Of a stretch of DNA of 29,893 nucleotides, positions 25,790-29,893 are shown in pieces. Source of the DNA: a virus (Duplodnaviria > Caudoviricetes); the IMG/VR virus record IMGVR_UViG_3300020042_012092, positions 1-29,893 of that record; one strand, given 5' to 3'. Numbering within the stretch: position 1 is the first letter of the stretch; every line of letters starts with the position of its first letter. The notes beneath the pieces are model-generated. The model searched no databases. It was given only the letters and a program-made list of their open reading frames with translations, and had not been told where the DNA came from. The position numbers and the translations under genes were made by a program.

Positions 25790-26401
25790 TTAACCTCTTA
25801 TTTGTTTTAATATTTCATCACGAATTGTTATTGTTTTTTGCGCCAGTTTTGCAAGTTCGGCAATAAATTTTTCATCGCGCTCAACTCTAACAATAAAAAG
25901 CTGCTTCTCTTTAAAGTTTGGATGAAACGAAACAAAATCGCAGAATTTACGACCACTAACCCAAAGCCCGCCCTGCACTTGCTGCCAATAATCAGTTGGC
26001 ATTTTGTTATCTAGCAAATATTTAGTGTGAGTTGTGGCAAGCGGACATTTGATTTCAAGCAAACCATCATCTCTAAGCAAGCCGTCGGGCGAATATCCAA
26101 AATTACCACAATCGCTTTTAAACATTGTGATTTCTTCAACTTCTAAAAAAGTTTCTTCACAATAAGCTTGCCTTGCAACTGGTTCCAAATCATTGCCGCG
26201 TTGCATTACTGCGTTTTTGTAAGACTCTTCTGGCTCGCTTAACAAAGATTGAGTTGCAAGTTCTAAAGCATATTTTGGCAATGTTGCGGACTCTTTACCT
26301 GTTGAAGTTATAATTTTATCAAAATTAGACGCTGTCGCAACGCCTAATCTTAATTGAAGCCATTCGTCTGATCCTTGCAATATATCTTTAATTATTTTCA
26401 T
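25790..26401 (-). CDS. YqaJ/lambda-type exonuclease
   Basis: QGSDEWL..RLG..TAS, MQRG..LEP.AR, YSPDGL, LEIKCP, Y.QQVQG.LWV, CDFVSF. Confidence 0.96.
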   Translation of the reverse strand: MKIIKDILQGSDEWLQLRLGVATASNFDKIITSTGKESATLPKYALELATQSLLSEPEESYKNAVMQRGNDLEPVARQAYCEETFLEVEEITMFKSDCGNFGYSPDGLLRDDGLLEIKCPLATTHTKYLLDNKMPTDYWQQVQGGLWVSGRKFCDFVSFHPNFKEKQLFIVRVERDEKFIAELAKLAQKTITIRDEILKQIRG

Positions 26402-27317
26402 CTTTCACCTCTTCTTTTTTGCTCGCAATTTCCTTAGATTTGTTTTCTAATCGAATCTTAGCTTCAGTAAATTTAACAAGCGGTAAATCAATGATTGAAT
26501 TAATTTTATAAACTTTGCAAAATGTTTCTTTTGAAACTTGTGCCGAAGTTAAAAGATTTTCAATCTCAATTCCTTGTAAAGAATCAATGCTTTCAATTAT
26601 AGGTTCTACAACTTTTTGCAAATCGTAATCTTGATTATCAAATTCGGTGATTTTCTGAATTTGTTGAATGCCACTAAAATGAATTTTGCAAGCCCGGCGA
26701 ATGATTGCTATTTTTGCCTTTTCTTCAAACCATTCTTGCCAAATTGAATCTTGTTTAGCTTTACCTTTAATTTTATTAATTTGAGCTAAAGACATAGTTT
26801 CGCAAAAAGAAACTAAGCGTTCGCCAAGAGTGTAGGAAATATAGCAATAACCACCAATTATTTTTTCTCTTTTAGCAAAAGGGTCTTTAATTTCTAGGGA
26901 ATAAGTTGTTGTATCTTCTTCGCTTTTCACTACAAACAAATCGCCTTCATAAACCAATTTACAATCAATATTTGCGTCTAAATAGGCTCTTTTAATTGAA
27001 TAGATAAACCCTCTATATCCTACTTGGAGTTGAGCCTCACTAATCCATTTTGGGCTTTCTATAGTTCCAATGTTTTTATTGTATTTAACTAAATGGCAAT
27101 GTTGCTTTCCGTCAATCTCAAGTTGTAAATCACAAGCTTGTTTGATTGCGCTTTCAATACTTAATGGCGTGCATTTAGATAAATCTTTTTTATCATCGCC
27201 AATTGTTTTTCTGATCTCGTTAAGAACGCTAATTACATACTTAGAATGATTAGTGCCTAACTCTGATTTTAAAAGCGCAGAATTATTTAAGTTTTGTTCA
27301 ATTAATTGAAATGTCAT
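26388..27317 (-). CDS. recT: RecT-family single-strand annealing recombinase
   Basis: L.KCTP.SI, HLV.Y, AQLQVGYRG, VYEGD.F, W...FEE.AK...IRRACK; paired with the exonuclease. Confidence 0.9.
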   Translation of the reverse strand: MTFQLIEQNLNNSALLKSELGTNHSKYVISVLNEIRKTIGDDKKDLSKCTPLSIESAIKQACDLQLEIDGKQHCHLVKYNKNIGTIESPKWISEAQLQVGYRGFIYSIKRAYLDANIDCKLVYEGDLFVVKSEEDTTTYSLEIKDPFAKREKIIGGYCYISYTLGERLVSFCETMSLAQINKIKGKAKQDSIWQEWFEEKAKIAIIRRACKIHFSGIQQIQKITEFDNQDYDLQKVVEPIIESIDSLQGIEIENLLTSAQVSKETFCKVYKINSIIDLPLVKFTEAKIRLENKSKEIASKKEEVKDENN

Positions 27318-27401
27318 TTTTTAATCCTCGTTAGTTGTTAAAAATTCCTCTTTACTTAAGAAAAACTAAAGTGCTAGGTAGTCAAAGTCTTCATTCATAT
27401 T

Positions 27402-27674
27402 TCAAATTTTGTTTAAAACTTGTTTAGCCTTTTCAATTGCTTCATTGAAAGCAACGCTTTTTAAATTAAAAAACTCCTCAAAAGCTTCTTTGATTATTTG
27501 CTCCGCGTATTCTTCAGCATCATTGTAATCTTTATCAAGCCAATGTGAGCCAACGTTTACTTCTGTGTCGCCATAACTTTCATTATGCGCAACTTTTTGG
27601 CAATTGTCTTGCAAAAACTCTTGGATTATACTTTCTTTGGTGTCTTTTAAATATTCTAAAATTTCGTTTTTCAT
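27402..27674 (-). CDS. Hypothetical acidic protein
   Basis: 90-aa ORF. Confidence 0.7.
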   Translation of the reverse strand: MKNEILEYLKDTKESIIQEFLQDNCQKVAHNESYGDTEVNVGSHWLDKDYNDAEEYAEQIIKEAFEEFFNLKSVAFNEAIEKAKQVLNKI

Positions 27675-27676
27675 TT

Positions 27677-27859
27677 TTAATTATTTTTGAATTGTTCGTA
27701 TCGAATAAAAATAATTTTACCATCAATCTCTTTATACCAACAAATAGATGTATCTCCATTTTTACCAATATCGACTATAATTTGTTTTGTCGTAAAAATT
27801 AATCTTATTTTTTGCCACAATGTTAAGTGTGGAGATGTTAACCATTCTTTTTTAATCAT
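27677..27859 (-). CDS. Hypothetical protein
   Basis: 60 aa; GAGG RBS; first gene after promoter copy 2. Confidence 0.7.
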   Translation of the reverse strand: MIKKEWLTSPHLTLWQKIRLIFTTKQIIVDIGKNGDTSICWYKEIDGKIIFIRYEQFKNN

Positions 27860-27880
27860 TTTTTCCTCGTTTGTTGTTAG

Positions 27881-27916
27881 TAAAGTTATTAAAAACTATT
27901 AATTTTTAATAGTCAA
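27881..27916 (-). promoter_or_regulatory. Sigma70-like promoter with palindromic operator, copy 2
   Basis: TTGACT-N17-TTTAAT; perfect ACTATTAA-N3-TTAATAGT at 27895-27913. Confidence 0.7.
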
Positions 27917-27925
27917 TGGGGTTTT

Positions 27926-28306
27926 TTATATTTTTTTCTTTAAAATCTCAAAATGTTCTAGTTTGTAAATTGGTGTTATTCGGTTGTTTTCAAGCGTAGT
28001 ATTTTTAAACCAGTCGCTTCTAAAAAAATTCACTATGTCTAAATGAGTTTGATAAATCGGCACAACATCATCCAATCCTTCAAGGATTTTAATTTGAATT
28101 GCAAAGCTAGTTCGCATGTAGCCAAGCAATCCTTGCGTTCCTTTTTTTATATTATCGCCAAGCCATCCATTTTGCTTTGCATTAATAAAAAAAGTTTCGT
28201 TTTCATTTCTAACTATAAACTTTTGAATTTCTTGCTCCACCTTTTCCCAAATGTCAAAATTAGCAAAGTTTTTAGCCTCTTTAGGTTCTTGTTGTTTCCA
28301 TTTCAT
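27926..28306 (-). CDS. Hypothetical protein
   Basis: 126 aa, GAGGAG RBS. Confidence 0.7.
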   Translation of the reverse strand: MKWKQQEPKEAKNFANFDIWEKVEQEIQKFIVRNENETFFINAKQNGWLGDNIKKGTQGLLGYMRTSFAIQIKILEGLDDVVPIYQTHLDIVNFFRSDWFKNTTLENNRITPIYKLEHFEILKKKI

Positions 28307-28310
28307 TATT

Positions 28311-28481
28311 TTACTCCTCGAATCTTTTTATTTTAGAACATTTAACGCATTTGATAATATAAACATCTTTCGGCGATAAGTTTTGATATTCGCATATTCT
28401 TCTTAAAAATTTCCATTTATGATTATAGTTTAAACATTTTGGGCGTAAAAAAAGCCTTAAAATTGAATATAAGTATTTCAT
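28311..28481 (-). CDS. Small Cys/His-motif hypothetical protein
   Basis: MKYLYSIL...C...HKW...CVKC; ATGA coupling at 28478-28481. Confidence 0.55.
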   Translation of the reverse strand: MKYLYSILRLFLRPKCLNYNHKWKFLRRICEYQNLSPKDVYIIKCVKCSKIKRFEE

Positions 28482-28837
28482 ATTAAACCTTGTTTTTTTA
28501 ATTTTAGCCACAATCTTGCTGCGGTGTCTGTTAGTGATTCGCTTTCTTGTTTCTCAACGCCAGTTCCGCAAATCACGCAATCGTAATCAAAATAATAATA
28601 GCCGATTTCATGTTTTTTAATATTTAATTCTTCATTGTCATTAACAACGTTCGGCAAAGCCTGTAAAATAGTCTCTAAATCGTAGGCTGGCACTTTTTCA
28701 ATCAAAGGAGGTGTTCCATCTTTTGCATGGACTAGTTCGGGATCGCCTTCATTCCACTTTGCCCAATAAAAATCATTTTCTGCTTTAAACCCCGCTTCTG
28801 CAAGCTGCTTAGATATTTCGTAAGATGTTCTTTTCAT
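28478..28837 (-). CDS. Hypothetical phage protein
   Basis: TSYEISKQLAEAGF...PAYDLE.IL..LP...AARLW pattern; coupled on both sides. Confidence 0.75.
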   Translation of the reverse strand: MKRTSYEISKQLAEAGFKAENDFYWAKWNEGDPELVHAKDGTPPLIEKVPAYDLETILQALPNVVNDNEELNIKKHEIGYYYFDYDCVICGTGVEKQESESLTDTAARLWLKLKKQGLI

Positions 28838-29469
28838 TTCACTACCTCACACGAAACAACCCAAACCCAAGGATTGGCTTCAAACTTCTCTACTGGTTTT
28901 TTGTGGCTTGCGTTCCAGTTTTTTGCAAAAGAATCGTAGGCGTTAAATGGAAAATCTCCGACATTCTCGACTTCATGAAAACCGTTCTTGAAGCCCTCCG
29001 CAATCGCATCCTCCTCACTAATATCCGCCAAACGCTGAACTCTAATCTCTTTTATTAGCAGCGTTAAGCGTGAGTGTTCTTCGTGCATTGTTGCGGGAGA
29101 GCGCCACTTATCTTCGCGGTTTGCAACTGAAAAAGTGTTTTGTATGCGATTTCCATGCGATGCTTTATAGAAAATAGTTTTATCACACCACCTTTGATTA
29201 GAGTGGGAAAAAACTTCCTTCACAAAAATCTTTTGTCCTACTTGGTAGGGGCATAAATCAGGAATTTCTGGTCTTGCATTATCTCCAAAGTTTTTTGCGT
29301 AAGAGCTTTTCTCGCCAGCCCATCTAACGCCTTCAAATTGCCAATAACTTTTATCATCGCTTAGAACTGGGTAAGGCTTAATCACCTCCCTAAATTGCGT
29401 TTTATTCCCCGCAATCAATGCTTGCACTTCTTGTGCGTTAAATATTTTACCTTTCATTATTTTACTCAT
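28834..29469 (-). CDS. ASCH/PUA-like phage protein
   Basis: IFN..EVQAL..G.KTQ.R, CPY.VG....VKE, W.SP..M....SRLTL.I..IRVQRL.DISEEDAIAEG, NPWVWV. Confidence 0.85.
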   Translation of the reverse strand: MSKIMKGKIFNAQEVQALIAGNKTQFREVIKPYPVLSDDKSYWQFEGVRWAGEKSSYAKNFGDNARPEIPDLCPYQVGQKIFVKEVFSHSNQRWCDKTIFYKASHGNRIQNTFSVANREDKWRSPATMHEEHSRLTLLIKEIRVQRLADISEEDAIAEGFKNGFHEVENVGDFPFNAYDSFAKNWNASHKKPVEKFEANPWVWVVSCEVVK

Positions 29470-29474
29470 TTTGA

Positions 29475-29717
29475 TTAATCCCTCGTAAAATCTATTAAAC
29501 TATTCTCATCATGGTCATAATTTACATAAGACTTTTTCATGATTGGTTTAGTAATTCTTGGCTTAAGAACTAAATCTTGTTCTAAATTAATAGCTAAACT
29601 AAAATGTTTTAAAAACTCATCTAACTCTATTGTTGCAACAATATTACCGTTTTTATCTTCGCCAGTTGAGGCAAAAATAATTTCTCCAGTTGTGTTATTT
29701 TCAAATTTCTGTTTCAT
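29475..29717 (-). CDS. Hypothetical protein
   Basis: 80 aa, ATGA-coupled. Confidence 0.65.
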   Translation of the reverse strand: MKQKFENNTTGEIIFASTGEDKNGNIVATIELDEFLKHFSLAINLEQDLVLKPRITKPIMKKSYVNYDHDENSLIDFTRD

Positions 29718-29893
29718 TTCACCACCTCAAAATTAATTACCCAAACCCATGGATCGGCTTCAAACTTCTCTTCTGGTTTTTTGTGAGTTGCGTTCCAATC
29801 TTCTCGAAAGAATTTAATGGAATCTTTTTTCCATATTCCATCATTCATTATTTTGTAATCAGTTTTAAAGCCTTCTAATTTTAAGTCCTCCTC
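29714..29893 (-). CDS. Second ASCH/PUA-like paralog (5' part outside window)
   Basis: Manual translation EEDLKLEGF...WNATHKKPEEKFEADPWVWVINFEVVK*. Confidence 0.85.
   Translation of the reverse strand, partial: EEDLKLEGFKTDYKIMNDGIWKKDSIKFFREDWNATHKKPEEKFEADPWVWVINFEVVK

Noticed and set aside
28834-29800. Repeat pair as DGR template/variable region
   Set aside because: Mismatches are not confined to adenines (agc/act, tgt/ttt), both copies are coding 3' ends, and there is no reverse transcriptase in the window.
1-29893. Alternative genetic code
   Set aside because: Conserved genes are full length in the standard code and use TAA, TAG and TGA as stops with normal coupling.

Overview
AT-rich fragment of a tailed phage or prophage with a Mu-like contractile tail. 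The host is Gram-negative (overlapping spanin pair) and may be alphaproteobacterial (SSB and dUTPase flavour; inference). 1-12.7 kb holds morphogenesis genes in unusually scrambled order: truncated tail sheath, a DUF2635-like protein, a lone large terminase on the opposite strand, a tail-terminator-like protein with nested beta-rich inserts, a gp45-like spike divergent from gp46/gp47/gp48 baseplate genes, and tail fibres. 12.7-16.4 kb is a lysis/accessory block: holin-like genes, spanins, an HslV-like Ntn hydrolase, DUF1353, an M15 endolysin and a thermonuclease. 16.4-29.9 kb is a minus-strand early/middle block: dUTPase, RHH regulator, VRR-NUC, ATP-grasp protein, SSB, NinB-like protein, YqaJ exonuclease, RecT and two ASCH-like paralogs. 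The most notable observations are a ~590-bp ORF-free, heavily structured region (candidate new ncRNA), a three-level nested domain insertion whose domain also occurs in baseplate J, same-loop hairpins in the sheath/terL divergent leader, a duplicated promoter-operator, and a possible transposase-less insertion cassette. All family calls come from motif recognition by eye; no searches were run.
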